The notes: generated by a model not told the origin, from the sequence alone. Shown: positions 11,936 through 23,157, counted from the stretch's first letter. The stretch: DNA of 64,000 nucleotides from an uncultured Actinomycetota bacterium (GCA_963813275.1 CAWEYH010000010.1:127530-191529); one strand, 5' to 3'. Numbers and translations are program-made.

Positions 11936-13141
11936 CTAGGGGTTGATGGTGGGCTCGCCGAACTGGCGGCCCCAGACGTAGTCGGTGACGAGCGGCGAGG
12001 CCAGCTCGAGATGATTGTAAGGGGCGATGCTGACCCCGGTGTCCATCACCAGATACGGGAACGGATACAAGAACCTGGTGACCTTCTGCCAGCAGCCGGG
12101 GCGGCCCTCCGGTCCGCCGTGAGCGTTTATCCGCGGCAGGTTGTCCGGATAGACGAACGCGTTGCCCGGCAACAGGATCGTCCCCGACGAATGCAGTGCG
12201 TACCCGTTGTCGCCGCCGAGCACCTTGGCGAGCCTTGGCCCGACCTCGGCGTAGTTGCGAATGGTGCAGAAGAGCATTTCGCGGTAGTCGTCGAACAGCT
12301 GCGTCGTCGGAAGCAGGTCCTCGGCGCCGCGCACGAGGTACGGGCCGCCACGCTCGAAGCTGTCGGCGGCCGTATTGCTGAAGCCGATCGCCGCCATCAG
12401 CGCGGTGTCGATGTTTTCCTGCTGTTCGTTGAGCGTGCGCGCGGTTGTCACGGCGTTCTGCAGGCCGTCCCACAGATCGGGGGAGGCGTCTGCGTACACG
12501 TCGGCGAGAGCGGTGACCGCCTGGGTGTCGGCGCGGATCTGCGGCATCCGCGGGTTCAGGTCGTCCATGATCCGGTTGGCGTTGACCAGCGAGTCCCCGA
12601 ACCGCTCGCCCAGACCGGAGAGTGCCTGCGCCGTCGCGGTCAGCGTGGCGTTGAGCTTGATCGGATCGACGTGCTCCGCGATCGACATGACCGTCTCGAA
12701 CAATGTATTGAACTCTGTGGTCACCGATGAGGCCTCGATCACGTCGCTACTCGAGATCCGTTGCGGTGAAGGTTCTTTCGGCGAGCTCAACGAAATGTAC
12801 TTGTTTCCGAACACCGTGGTCGCCCTGATGTCTGCGACCACATTGGCCGGGATGTAGCGGATATAGCGCGGTTCGACGTTCAGCGTCAGCTTCGCCTGGT
12901 CGGCGTCGCCGACGATGATGTGGTCGACGGCCGCCACCCTGCCGATCTCCACCCCGTTGTATGTCACCTTCGAGCCGGGATCGACCACCAGCCCCGCTCG
13001 CGGCGACAGCACTGTCAGATGAGTTTTCGGCGCCAGCTCGCCGCGGAACGCCAAGTAGATGAAGCTTGCCGCGGCCGCGACGAGCACCAGAAAGACCGCG
13101 CCCGCTGCCTTGTAGGGCGGCCGATGGCGGTCGACAAACAC
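11936..13141 (-). CDS. orphan MCE family protein (Mce1A-like)
   Basis: RAGLVVDPGSKVTYNGVEIGRV, ATTVFGNKY, C-terminal YVWGRQFGEPTINP typical of MceA subunits. Confidence 0.92.
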   Translation of the reverse strand: MFVDRHRPPYKAAGAVFLVLVAAAASFIYLAFRGELAPKTHLTVLSPRAGLVVDPGSKVTYNGVEIGRVAAVDHIIVGDADQAKLTLNVEPRYIRYIPANVVADIRATTVFGNKYISLSSPKEPSPQRISSSDVIEASSVTTEFNTLFETVMSIAEHVDPIKLNATLTATAQALSGLGERFGDSLVNANRIMDDLNPRMPQIRADTQAVTALADVYADASPDLWDGLQNAVTTARTLNEQQENIDTALMAAIGFSNTAADSFERGGPYLVRGAEDLLPTTQLFDDYREMLFCTIRNYAEVGPRLAKVLGGDNGYALHSSGTILLPGNAFVYPDNLPRINAHGGPEGRPGCWQKVTRFLYPFPYLVMDTGVSIAPYNHLELASPLVTDYVWGRQFGEPTINP

Positions 13142-13157
13142 CTTGAGACACTATGGT

Positions 13158-13550
13158 ATGCCCGGCCGTCGCACCGCTGATCCGACGAAGACGCGCGCCG
13201 CGGTCCTCAAGGTCGCCGACTGGTTGCGCGACGAGAATCGGCCTGCGCCTGCGCGATCCGAGCTCGCGGAGGCGGTTCGGCTCACCGCCCGCACACTCGC
13301 CGCGACGGCCCCTGGTGCGAGCGTCGAGGTTCGTGTGCCGCCGTTCGTTGCCGTGCAATGCATTTCGGGGCCCAGGCATACGCGTGGCACGCCGCCCAAC
13401 GTCGTCGAGACCGACCCGCGGACGTGGCTGCTGCTCGCCACCGGCCTGCGAACCGTCGCCGACGCGGCGTCGAGCGGGTCGTTACGGCTGTCTGGCGCCC
13501 GAGCCCCCGAGGTCGCCGCGGTCCTGCCGGTCGTGCCGCTCAACGGCTGA
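13158..13550 (+). CDS. sterol carrier family protein (Rv0807-like)
   Basis: APGASVEVRVPPFVAVQCISGPRHTRGTPPNVVETD. Confidence 0.88.
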   Translation: MPGRRTADPTKTRAAVLKVADWLRDENRPAPARSELAEAVRLTARTLAATAPGASVEVRVPPFVAVQCISGPRHTRGTPPNVVETDPRTWLLLATGLRTVADAASSGSLRLSGARAPEVAAVLPVVPLNG

Positions 13551-13691
13551 TTTCGCCGGCCACCGGGAATCGGAACAGGGGTTGCGGACGTTGATTTCCG
13601 TGGGCGACATGAGCGCCTGCGATTCCGTGATTAACCCGTGATGACCGTAGACTGAACACGTCACCCACCGCCCCCTGGGAGCAGCCCTATC

Positions 13692-15219
13692 GTGACCGTC
13701 GAGCAAACGGACAACGAGCTAAAAGAAGAGTGCGGCGTATTCGGCGTGTGGGCGCCGGGCGAAGAGGTCGCCAAGCTCACGTACTACGGCCTTTACGCCT
13801 TACAACACCGAGGTCAGGAAGCCGCAGGCATCGCGGTCGCCGACGGCTCGCAGGTGCTGGTATTCAAGGATCTCGGGCTGGTCAGCCAGGTCTTCGACGA
13901 GCAGACGCTCGGCGCCATGGAGGGCCACGTCGCCATCGGGCACTGCCGCTACTCCACCACCGGCTCCACCACATGGGAGAACGCCCAGCCTGTGTTCCGC
14001 AACACAGCCGCGGGCACCGGCGTCGCGCTCGGGCACAACGGAAACCTGGTCAACACCACCGAGCTGGCGGCCAGGGCCGCGAGATCTGGGCCTGATCAAC
14101 ATGCGCGGCGGCCGCCGCGGCGACCACCGACTCCGACATTCTCGGCGCACTGCTGGCGCATGGCGCCGCGGACTCATCGCTGGAGCAGGCCGCACTCGAG
14201 CTGCTTCCCACCGTGCGCGGCGCGTTCTGCCTGACGTTCATGGACGAGAACACCCTCTACGCGGCCCGCGACCCGTACGGCGTGCGGCCGCTGTCGCTGG
14301 GGCGGCTCGACCGCGGCTGGGTCGTCGCCTCCGAGACCGCAGCGCTGGACATCGTCGGCGCCTCGTTCGTCCGCGACATCGAGCCCGGCGAGCTGTTGGC
14401 GATCGACGCCGACGGAGTGCGCTCGAGCCGGTTCGCCCCGCCGTCGCCGAAGGGCTGTGTGTTCGAGTACGTGTATCTGGCACGGCCCGACAGCACCATC
14501 AGCGGCCGGTCGGTGCACAAGACGCGGGTCGACATCGGACGCAGGCTCGCCCAGGAAAGGCCGGTCGACGCCGACCTGGTGATCGGCGTTCCGGAGTCCG
14601 GCATACCGGCCGCGGTCGGCTACGCGCAGGAGTCGGGCATTCCGTACGGGCAGGGCCTGACCAAGAACGCCTACGTCGGACGCACGTTCATCCAGCCGTC
14701 GCAGACCATCCGTCAACTGGGTATCCGGCTCAAGCTCAACCCGCTCGGGAGGTGATCCGCGGCAAGCGGCTCATCGTCGTCGACGACTCCATCGTTCGCG
14801 GCAACACCCAGCGCTCCCTCGTCCGGATGCTGCGCGAGGCCGGGCGCCGTCGAGGTGCACGTGCGGATCGCATCGCCACCGGTGAAGTGGCCGTGCTTCT
14901 ACGGTATCGACTTCGCCACACCGGCCGAGCTGATCGCCAACGCCGTCGAGAACGAGGAAGAGGTGGTCGAAGCGGTCCGGCACGGCATCGGCGCCGACTC
15001 GCTGGGCTACATCTCGCTGCAGGGCATGATCGCGGCCACCGAGCAGCCGGCGTCGCGGCTGTGCACGCGCCTGCTTCGACGGCAAGTATCCGATCGAACT
15101 GCCCGGTGAGACGGCGCTTGGGCAAGAACGTCATCGAGCACATGCTCGCAACGGCCGCGCGCACCGGGGTGCCGATCCAGGCCGACAACGACAACGCCTC
15201 CGCCTTGCGTCGCCCCTGA
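13692..15219 (+). CDS. purF: amidophosphoribosyltransferase (several frameshifts, probably sequence errors)
   Basis: EECGVFG, LQHRGQE, HNGNL, CVFEYVY, VVDDSIVRG, CFYGIDF spread over several frames. Confidence 0.93.
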
Positions 15220-15222
15220 AAC

Positions 15223-16204
15223 CTACTGCGGCGCAGTCGGACTGAATTTCACTAGGTGGCGCTTGCCATTCTTGGACGCGGTGCCGTCCTTTTGCAGCGC
15301 CTGGGTCACCGCCGCACGGTAGCCGGTCAACCCGCCCTCGGGCGCCGCGATGACGTCGTCGATGTCGTGGTTGTGCATCACGGCGTCGCATTCCAGGGAC
15401 TCCACCAGCGGCCGCGCCAGCCCCGACGGGATCGGCGTGACCAGGCCCACCCACCAACTGGCGATCGTGGGAGTCAGGAACGGCAGCACGATGATGATCC
15501 GACGGCGTAGGCCGGCGACGTCGGCGTAGACCTGCATCGCGTCGCCGTACTCCATCACGTCGGGACCACCGACATCCCACGTCCGCGATGTCGGCACGTC
15601 CGCCACCGCGGCCTCGGCCAGGTAGTGCAGGACGTCGTCGATCGCGATCGGCTGGATCTTGTTGTGCACCCACTTCGGTGTCGTCATCGCGGGCAGACGG
15701 TCGGTGAGGTGGCGAATCATCTCGAACGACGCCGAGCCCGCGCCGATCACGATCCCGGCCTGCAGCACGACGGTCTCGATACCCGAGTCGATGAGGATCT
15801 CGCCGACCTCGGTGCGCGACGCCAGATGCCGCGACAACTCCGCACCCTCCGGATGCAGGCCACTCAGGTACACCAGCCGCCGCACCCCTGCTCGGCGCGC
15901 CGCCTCGACCACGTTGCGCGCCGACGCGCGCCTCCTCGGCGACGAAGTCCTTCGAGGTCCCCATCGAGTGCACCAGGTAGTAGACGACGTCAGCGCCGTC
16001 GAATGCCTCGTCGAGCGAATCGGGGTCGGTCAGATCGCCGCGAGCCACCTCCACGTCGTCGCGCCAGGGCACCTCGGCCAGCTTGTCGGGGTTGCGTGCC
16101 AGCGCCCGCACCCGCAGGCCGGCGTCCAGCAGCCGCGGCACCAGCAGGCCACCGATGTAGCCGGTCGCACCCGTCACCAAGCAGCGAATCTCTCCAGCAG
16201 GCAC
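15223..16204 (-). CDS. NAD(P)H-binding atypical SDR (frameshift near 15930)
   Basis: VTGATGYIGG, YYLVHSM, then GSASFEMIR, QPIAIDDVL in a second frame. Confidence 0.8.
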
Positions 16205-16465
16205 AAAACCTCCCTCGACGCTCCGGTAGCTATTCGGAGCCAGTAGACCGGCGGATGACCGTTTCGGGCATCAGGCAAACCCGCAACCCGGATCGGGCGC
16301 GTCGTCTGATAGTGGCGCACCGGCGGGATCGATGTAGAGGACCTGCAAAACCAGCGGCTCCTGGCACCTTGTCATGCCGAGCTCGACCGCGCCGGACATG
16401 GCACAGAGGACGCACAAAGGGCGACGCATACCGTGCGCTCGCCCAGCCCGGTAGATTTGGTCGCG

Positions 16466-17541
16466 ATGACCGATCGCGCCGCACAACACGGCATCTCCTA
16501 CGCATCGGCCGGGGTGGACATCGAAGCTGGTGACCGCGCCGTCGAACTCTTCAAACCGCTGGCGAGCAAGGCGACCAGGCCCGAGGTACGCGGCGGGCTC
16601 GGCGGCTTCGCCGGGCTGTTCGCGCTGCGCGGCGGCTATCGCGAGCCGCGTGCTGGCCTCGTCGACCGACGGGGTCGGCACCAAGCTGGCGGTCGCCCAG
16701 GCGATGGACAAGCACGACACCGTCGGGCTCGACCTCGTCGCCATGGTCGTCGACGACCTGGTGGTGTGCGGCGCCGAGCCGCTGTTCCTGCAGGACTACA
16801 TCGCGGTCGGGCGCACAGTGCCGGAGCGGGTCAGCCGAGTTGGTCGCCGGCATCGCCGACGGGTGCGTCATCGCCGGCTGCGCGTTGCTCGGCGGCGAGA
16901 CCGCCGAGCATCCCGGGCTGATGGCGCCCGATCACTACGACATCTCCGCGACCGGGGTCGGCGTCGTGGAGGCCGACGACGTGCTCGGTCCCGACCGGGT
17001 CAAGCCGGGCGACGTGATCATCGGCATGGGGTCCACCGGCCTGCATTCCAACGGCTACTCGCTGGCGCGCAAGGTGCTGCTGGAGATCGACCGGATGAAC
17101 CTGGCGGGCCACGTCGAGGAGTTCGGCCGCACGCTCGGCGAGGAACTGCTGGAACCGACGCGTATCTACGCCAAGGACTGCCTGGCGCTGGCCGCCGAAA
17201 CCCAGGTCCGCACGTTCTGCCACGTCACCGGTGGCGGATTGGCGGGCAACCTGGAACGGGTGATCCCGCCGGGGTTGAGCGCCGAACTGGATCGCGGCAC
17301 CTGGACGCCGGCTCCGGTGTTCGGAATGATCGCCCAGCGCGGCCGGATCGAGCGTGTCGAGATGGAGAAGACGTTCAACATGGGTGTCGGCATGGTCGCG
17401 GTCGTCGCACCGGAGGACACCGACCGTGCACTGGCGATTCTGACCGCGCGGCATCTGAACTGCTGGATCGTCGGCACCGTCAAGAAGGGCAGCAAGGACG
17501 GCCCACGCGCCCAACTCGTGGGTCAGCACCCACGATTCTGA
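16466..17541 (+). CDS. purM: phosphoribosylformylglycinamidine cyclo-ligase (frameshifts near 16645 and 16835)
   Basis: [43 protein letters not shown]. Confidence 0.93.
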
Positions 17542-17565
17542 GGGAGATTCGGAACGGAATCCCTA

Positions 17566-17748
17566 CTAGCGCCGCCAGTCGTCCTCGTCGGGCCAACTGC
17601 CGTTGGCGCCGTTGAGATCGTCATCAGGTTCGGTACCGTCCGACCCGGACAGCTCGCGCTGAAGCCGATCGAAATCGGTCTGCGGTGAGCTGTATTTGAG
17701 CTCACGAGCAACCTTGGTCTGCTTTGCCTTTGCCCGGCCGCGGCCCAT
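17566..17748 (-). CDS. DUF3073 protein (Rv0810c-like)
   Basis: [19 protein letters not shown] signature. Confidence 0.92.
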   Translation of the reverse strand: MGRGRAKAKQTKVARELKYSSPQTDFDRLQRELSGSDGTEPDDDLNGANGSWPDEDDWRR

Positions 17749-17832
17749 GGGGGGACCCCCTCGCGCAATAACGGAGCGGCCCAACAAGCAGGCGGCTCCG
17801 ATCTGTGTGTCGTTTATTGTCCTGCCAACACT

Positions 17833-18958
17833 TTACCGTGCCCGGCTGCGCTCCGCTGGCAGGCCCTCGCGAGCGCGTATCGGCTCATTGGCCGCCGCCC
17901 CGAGCCGTTCGACGGCCAGCCTGCCCGCCCCGACGGTATTGGCGGTCGGCATCGAGTCGACGTCGATCACGGCAGGCACTTCGATGTCCCCGCCGGTGGT
18001 CAGCTCCGTGTCCGCGGGCAGCCCGCGCTTGAGCAGGGCAAGGGCGATGGGGCCGAGGTCGACGTGGTCGACGACGGTGCCGAGACGCCCGACGGCGCGG
18101 CCACCTGCCAGCACCGGATCACCGACCGACGGTCGGTCCGTCGACCCGTCGAGATGAAGCAGCACCATCATTCGAGGCGGTTTTCCCAGGTTATGGACTC
18201 GCGCGACAGTCTCCTGCCCGCGGTAGCAGCCCTTGTCCAGGTGCACCGCGCTACCGATCCAGCCCACCTCGTGCGGGATCGTCCGCTCGTCGGTGTCGAC
18301 GCCGAGCCGCGGGCGAAGCGCCGCCACCCGAGTGCCTCGTAGGCCCACACCCCGGCCCGTCGCACGCCCGCAGCGGTCAGCCGGTCCAGCCAGTCGGCGG
18401 CCTGTGCCCGCGGCACCACGAGGTCCAGCTCGATGTCCGGTGAGCCGATTCGGCGGACGAAGCCGCCGTCCGGCAGTGCCGTCGCCGTGTTTTCAGCCGG
18501 TAGCGAATCGAGTCCGAGAGCGCCGAGCACCTGATCGTCGGCGAGTCGGGGACCGAGCAGCGACAGCACGGCCAGATCGGCAGGCTCGATCGCGACGTCG
18601 GCCCAGAACACCATCTTGCGCAGAAAGCTCAGCAACGGGTCGCCGCGCCACGGCTCGGTGTCGAGATAGGTGGCATCGCCGAGCTCGGTCTGGATCCAGT
18701 GATCTTCGACACGGCCCTGGCCGTCGAGGCTCAGATTCTGCGTGACGGTACCCTCGGGCAGCTCGCTGACGTGCTGGGAGGAGATGGTGTGCAGCCAGCT
18801 CTTCCGGTCGCCGCCGGTGAGCGTCGAGCACGGCCCGATGCGAGCGATCCACCACCACGGCGTCGTCCATCGCGGCGCGCTGCTCACCGAGCGGGTCGCC
18901 GTAGTGCCAGACCGCACCGGCGTCGGGTCCCGCATTCGGGGGCGGGAACTGCTGACAT
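17833..18958 (-). CDS. ygfZ: YgfZ/GcvT-like folate-binding protein (frameshifted)
   Basis: WHYGDPLGEQR, DRSHR and KGCYRGQETVAR motifs across frames. Confidence 0.88.
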
Positions 18959-18991
18959 GGCTCCAACTGTACGGCGCTACGCTTCTTGCCC

Positions 18992-19870
18992 ATGGCGGGC
19001 GAACCGGGGGTTGTGGTCACGCTCGACGGGCAGTCGCACGATCCGCAGGCACCACTGCTGCACGCCGACGATCTGGCCGTTGTGCGGGGGGACGGCATCT
19101 TCGAGTCACTCCTGGTGCGCGACGGGCGGCCGTGCCTGCTCGAGGCCCATCTGGCGCGGTTGACCCAGTCGGCGCAGCTGATGGACCTGCCCGAACCCGA
19201 TCTGCCGCGCTGGCGCGCAGCGGTCGCCACCGCGGCGGCCCGCTGGACCGAACAGGGCGGCCAAGAGGGAGTGCTGCGCCTGATCTACAGCCGCGGTCGC
19301 GAGAGCGGAACACCGCCGACGGCGTTCGCCATGATCGGCGCGCTGGCCGACAGGGTCGACGCGGTCCGCAGGGACGGGCTGGCGGCGCTGATGCTTGCAA
19401 GGGGGCTGCCTTCGGGTGGTGTCGCCGATATGCCGTGGCTGCTTGCCGGCGCCAAGACGCTGTCCTATGCGGTGAACATGGCGGCCCTGCGCCACGCCGA
19501 ACGCCACGGCGCAGGCGACGTGATCTTCGTCAGCTCCGACGGGCAGATCCTGGAGGGCCCGCGGTCGACGGTGGTCATCGCCACCGAAATCGACGGCAGG
19601 CTTGGCCTTCTCACCCCGCCGCCGTGGTACCCGATCCTGCGCGGCACCACGCAGCAGGCCTTGTTCGAAGTGGCCCGAAACAAGGGCTACGACTGCGATT
19701 ACCGGGCGCTGAAACCCGCTGATCTCTTTGCCGCCCAAGGGGTTTGGCTGGTTTCGAGCATCACGCTCGCCGCGCGGGTGCACACCCTCGACGGCAAGCC
19801 GCTGCGGGCGGCCCCGCTGGCCGCCGAGCTCAGCGAGCTGGTCGACGCCGCAATTCTCAGCGATCGCTGA
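18992..19870 (+). CDS. pabC: aminodeoxychorismate lyase (class IV aminotransferase)
   Basis: RGDGIFE, AHLARL, GAKTLSYA, LEGPRS, ILRGTT. Confidence 0.9.
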   Translation: MAGEPGVVVTLDGQSHDPQAPLLHADDLAVVRGDGIFESLLVRDGRPCLLEAHLARLTQSAQLMDLPEPDLPRWRAAVATAAARWTEQGGQEGVLRLIYSRGRESGTPPTAFAMIGALADRVDAVRRDGLAALMLARGLPSGGVADMPWLLAGAKTLSYAVNMAALRHAERHGAGDVIFVSSDGQILEGPRSTVVIATEIDGRLGLLTPPPWYPILRGTTQQALFEVARNKGYDCDYRALKPADLFAAQGVWLVSSITLAARVHTLDGKPLRAAPLAAELSELVDAAILSDR

Positions 19871-20044
19871 CGGCGTAACGCCGGAAAACTGGTTGTCGCT
19901 GCGCTTTTACGCGGGTACGGTCGCTCGTACACAGGGAAGGAGGTGGTCCGGCGAATTGATTGACTTATGGACTTGTGAGGTGGCTGCGAGCTAGCAGCGC
20001 CAGGGGAGTCACCTGCGCGCGCTGGCGAATTCCCCGCAGTCACC

Positions 20045-20096
20045 CGGCCCCCGAGCCCTCGGTTTTGTCCAACCAGAAACAGCGGCTCGGGGGCCG
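20045..20096. terminator. 13-bp perfect GC-rich inverted repeat (terminator-like hairpin)
   Basis: CGGCCCCCGAGCC (20045-20057) pairs with GGCTCGGGGGCCG (20084-20096). Confidence 0.6.
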
Positions 20097-20151
20097 ATCC
20101 ATGTCTGGACCCTGGCCGCCTCTTCTGTCTAGGCCTGTCTAGGCTGAGCCC

Positions 20152-20943
20152 ATGCAGATCTCTGGATCCACGGTGCTGTTGACGGGCGCCACGGGCGGTA
20201 TTGGAAATGCCATCGCGCTAACACTGGCCGACCGCGGAGCGAGGCTGCTCGTGACCGGTCGACGCGCCGACATGCTGGAGCAGCTGGCCGCGAAGCATGG
20301 CGGCCGGGCACTCGTTGTCGATCTGGCCGTGCGCGACGACGTCGAGCGCCTGGTGCGTGAGGCCGGCGAGGTCGACATCCTGGTCGCCAACGCCGGCCTG
20401 CCCGCATCGGGCACGCTCGAATCGTTCACCGTGCAGGAGATCGATCGCGCCTTGGACGTGAACCTACGCGCGCCGATGGTGCTTGCGAAGGAGCTTGCCC
20501 CGGCGATGGCCACCAAGGGACGCGGCCATCTGCTGTTCGTATCGTCGCTGTTGGGAAAGGCCGGATCGCCAGGTTCGGCCGTGTACAGCGCCACCAAGTT
20601 CGGGCTGCGTGGATTCGCGGGTTCTCTGCGCGCCGACCTGCGGGACACGGGGGTCGGCGTGTCCGTCGTGTTGCCCGGGATGGTTCGCGAAGCCGGGATG
20701 TTCGCTGATGCGAAGGTGGACTTGCCACGCGGGGTCGGCACGAGTTCGCCCGAAGACGTGGCCCGTGCGGTCGCCACTGCGATCGAGAAAAACCGGGGCG
20801 AGGTCGACGTCGCGCCGCTGCCGGTACGGCTGCTGTACGGCGTCGCAGGCGTGGCTCCCGAACTGGCCGCAGGCTTGATGCGACGGCTGGGCGCGGACGA
20901 AGTAATCGCGAAAGTGGCTGCCGGACAGCGCGACAAACGCTGA
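20152..20943 (+). CDS. short-chain dehydrogenase
   Basis: TGATGGIG, ANAG, YSATK. Confidence 0.9.
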   Translation: MQISGSTVLLTGATGGIGNAIALTLADRGARLLVTGRRADMLEQLAAKHGGRALVVDLAVRDDVERLVREAGEVDILVANAGLPASGTLESFTVQEIDRALDVNLRAPMVLAKELAPAMATKGRGHLLFVSSLLGKAGSPGSAVYSATKFGLRGFAGSLRADLRDTGVGVSVVLPGMVREAGMFADAKVDLPRGVGTSSPEDVARAVATAIEKNRGEVDVAPLPVRLLYGVAGVAPELAAGLMRRLGADEVIAKVAAGQRDKR

Positions 20944-20948
20944 GTGCG

Positions 20949-21803
20949 ATGATGCAGCGCATGCCTTCGCTGCGGTGGCTCGCCCCGATGTTTGCCGCCG
21001 CCGTGCTGGTCAGCTGCGCTCCCGCGGCCCAGCAGCAGTCCGCGGGCGGACTGTCCCAATGCCACCGGGATTCCCTCGGCACGCTGTACAAGGGCGTCTT
21101 CACGTTCGGCACCGATCAGCCGGTCTACCCGCCGTGGTACATGGGCGACAACCCCGGTAACGGCGAGGGCTTCGAATCCGCGGTCGCCTACGCCGTCGCC
21201 GACAAGCTCGGCTATGCCGGCGACGACGTCCGCTGGATACGGGTGCCGTTCAACGCCGCGCTGGCGCCGGGGCCGAAGGAGTTCGACGGCAGCCTGTCCG
21301 AATTCTCGATCACCGACCAGCGCAAGGCGGCCGTCGACTTCTCGACGCCGTATTTCGACGTCACGCAGGCCGTCGTCACGATCAAGTCGTCGCCGGCGGC
21401 GCGAGTGCACAGCGTCGGTGGGCTCAAGCCGTTGCGGCTCGGCGTCCAAGTGGGCACGACCAGCTACACGGCGGCCACCGCGGTGGGCGGCGCCGTACCG
21501 GTCGCGGTCTACAACACCAACGGCGACGCGAAGATGGCACTGAGCACGAAGGAGATCGACGCGATGGTCGCCGACCTGCCGACGGCGTTCGCTGTCGCCA
21601 ACGAACTGCGCGACGGTCAGATCGTGGGCCAGTTACCCACTGCCGCAGGCGATGTCGAGCAGTTCGGGATCGTGCTGGACAAGAACAGCCCACTGACCCG
21701 ATGCGTGTCGGCGGCCGTCGATGCGCTCCGCAATGACGGCGCGCTTGCCGCGCTGCAGAAGAAGTGGCTCGCAGAGGCGGGTAAGGCGCCCGTACTCGGC
21801 TAA
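20949..21803 (+). CDS. amino-acid ABC transporter substrate-binding lipoprotein (SBP family 3)
   Basis: Lipobox LVSC, YPPW, GEGFE, SITDQRKAAVDFSTPY, GVQVGTT. Confidence 0.88.
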   Translation: MMQRMPSLRWLAPMFAAAVLVSCAPAAQQQSAGGLSQCHRDSLGTLYKGVFTFGTDQPVYPPWYMGDNPGNGEGFESAVAYAVADKLGYAGDDVRWIRVPFNAALAPGPKEFDGSLSEFSITDQRKAAVDFSTPYFDVTQAVVTIKSSPAARVHSVGGLKPLRLGVQVGTTSYTAATAVGGAVPVAVYNTNGDAKMALSTKEIDAMVADLPTAFAVANELRDGQIVGQLPTAAGDVEQFGIVLDKNSPLTRCVSAAVDALRNDGALAALQKKWLAEAGKAPVLG

Positions 21804-22057
21804 CCCGCGTCCGGCCCCGGCGCCAGCGACGCGCAGGCCTGGGTCGCCTTGTGCCAGGTTTCCTGATCGGTGCCGGGCGGTGGTCCCGCGACAGGTCCCG
21901 GCGGGGCCGAAACTCCGTGCTCGTGAAGGCAATTGGCGTACGCACCGTGGCCGTTCGGCGCTGGCGTGGACGACTGCTCGGGCGGGGCCTGGGTCGACGA
22001 ACACCCGGCGATCATCGCCGCCGCGGCGATCACCGCGGCCCACCTGATCCCTCGCAT
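21800..22057 (-). CDS. small lipoprotein
   Basis: MRGIRWAAV...IAGC lipobox, two further Cys; ATG overlaps the upstream stop. Confidence 0.7.
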   Translation of the reverse strand: MRGIRWAAVIAAAAMIAGCSSTQAPPEQSSTPAPNGHGAYANCLHEHGVSAPPGPVAGPPPGTDQETWHKATQACASLAPGPDAG

Positions 22058-22713
22058 CAGCCGACGAACCTCGTCAGCCGGGCCGACAGATGCGGAACCA
22101 GTCCGCCGTCGGCGTCGACGCGCTCCTCGACGTAAGCCAAATCGCCCCCCTCGACAATTCCGTACAACCGTTTCGCGCCACCGACGAGCAGCCCGGACTT
22201 GCTGCGGGCCAACGCGTCGGTGACCAGTTCCCACGACGACTGATTGAGCGGCTGTCCGTAGAACAGCTCGACGTAGCCGGCCGAATGCGCCAACATCAAC
22301 TCGATCGCCTGAGATTCGGATGGATCGTTCGGGTCGTTGACGAAGCGCCAGAAGCCCGTCTCGCGCAGGCCGTGCTGCTCGTACTCGCCTGATTCGGTCA
22401 ACCGCCACGACCGCGCTTCCCAGATCAGATAATCGCCGCCGTCGTGGGACACCACGATCTGCTGACCGAACCGATAGTCGCCATGGGCGCCCCGCCCCTC
22501 ACCATCGCCACGCCACACTCCGACCAGCGGCAGCAGCGCAAGCAGCGCCTCGTTGAGGTCGGCGCCTTCGCGCAGGTTCGCGGTGTCGGCAGGGGCAGGC
22601 AGATCGGAGAACACCGGGATGTTGCGGGCGGCCGTCGTCTTGGCCCGCTCGGCCGCGGCGGCAACCGCCCGGTCGCCTGAACCGCCTGCGACGGGGCCCA
22701 TTTCAGAGGTCAC
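22057..22713 (-). CDS. FABP/nitrobindin-like protein (Rv0813c-like)
   Basis: [29 protein letters not shown]. Confidence 0.9.
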   Translation of the reverse strand: MTSEMGPVAGGSGDRAVAAAAERAKTTAARNIPVFSDLPAPADTANLREGADLNEALLALLPLVGVWRGDGEGRGAHGDYRFGQQIVVSHDGGDYLIWEARSWRLTESGEYEQHGLRETGFWRFVNDPNDPSESQAIELMLAHSAGYVELFYGQPLNQSSWELVTDALARSKSGLLVGGAKRLYGIVEGGDLAYVEERVDADGGLVPHLSARLTRFVG

Positions 22714-22808
22714 GATTCGTCGGTGATGAGCCGATACAGCGCGTACAGCGCGAACCAGGTGATGACCACGACGGTCGCCACAAGCAGGATCTCGTAGAAC
22801 AACACCAC
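22710..22808 (-). CDS. 32-aa single-TM small protein (not in ORF track)
   Basis: [32 protein letters not shown]; TAGACT -10 box 7 nt upstream; TGA overlaps the GTG of the next gene. Confidence 0.75.
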   Translation of the reverse strand: MVLFYEILLVATVVVITWFALYALYRLITDES

Positions 22809-22853
22809 GGCCGCAAGTCTAGTCCGCGGCCGGATGCCTGCGCCGCCTAGGCG

Positions 22854-23156
22854 TCAGGCGACCTTGACATCGACCTCGTGGATACCGGCGCCCGACGGTG
22901 CCACGCTGGCGTCGCCGTTGCCCGCGGGCGACAGGGCACGCAGCGTCCAAGTGCCGGGGGCCGCGAAGAACCGGAAGTCACCGGTGGCCGACGCGACGAC
23001 CTCGGCGGTGAACTCGTCGGAGGCGTCCAGCAGGCGCACGAAGGCGCCGCCAACGGACTGACCGGAGCCGTCCACCACGCGACCGGTGATCACCGTTTCC
23101 TTCTCCAGGTCAACGCCTGCCGGCAGCGTCTGTCCTTGCTTCGGTGCAGAGCACAT
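22854..23156 (-). CDS. sseC: DUF1416 / SseC protein
   Basis: MCSAPKQG...FVRLLDASDEFTAEVVASATGDFRFFAAPG. Confidence 0.9.
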   Translation of the reverse strand: MCSAPKQGQTLPAGVDLEKETVITGRVVDGSGQSVGGAFVRLLDASDEFTAEVVASATGDFRFFAAPGTWTLRALSPAGNGDASVAPSGAGIHEVDVKVA

Positions 23157-23157
23157 A

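Noticed and set aside
16205-16465. Possible purine-related riboswitch upstream of purM
   Set aside because: No recognisable aptamer consensus; purM appears leaderless, with TAGATT just before its ATG.
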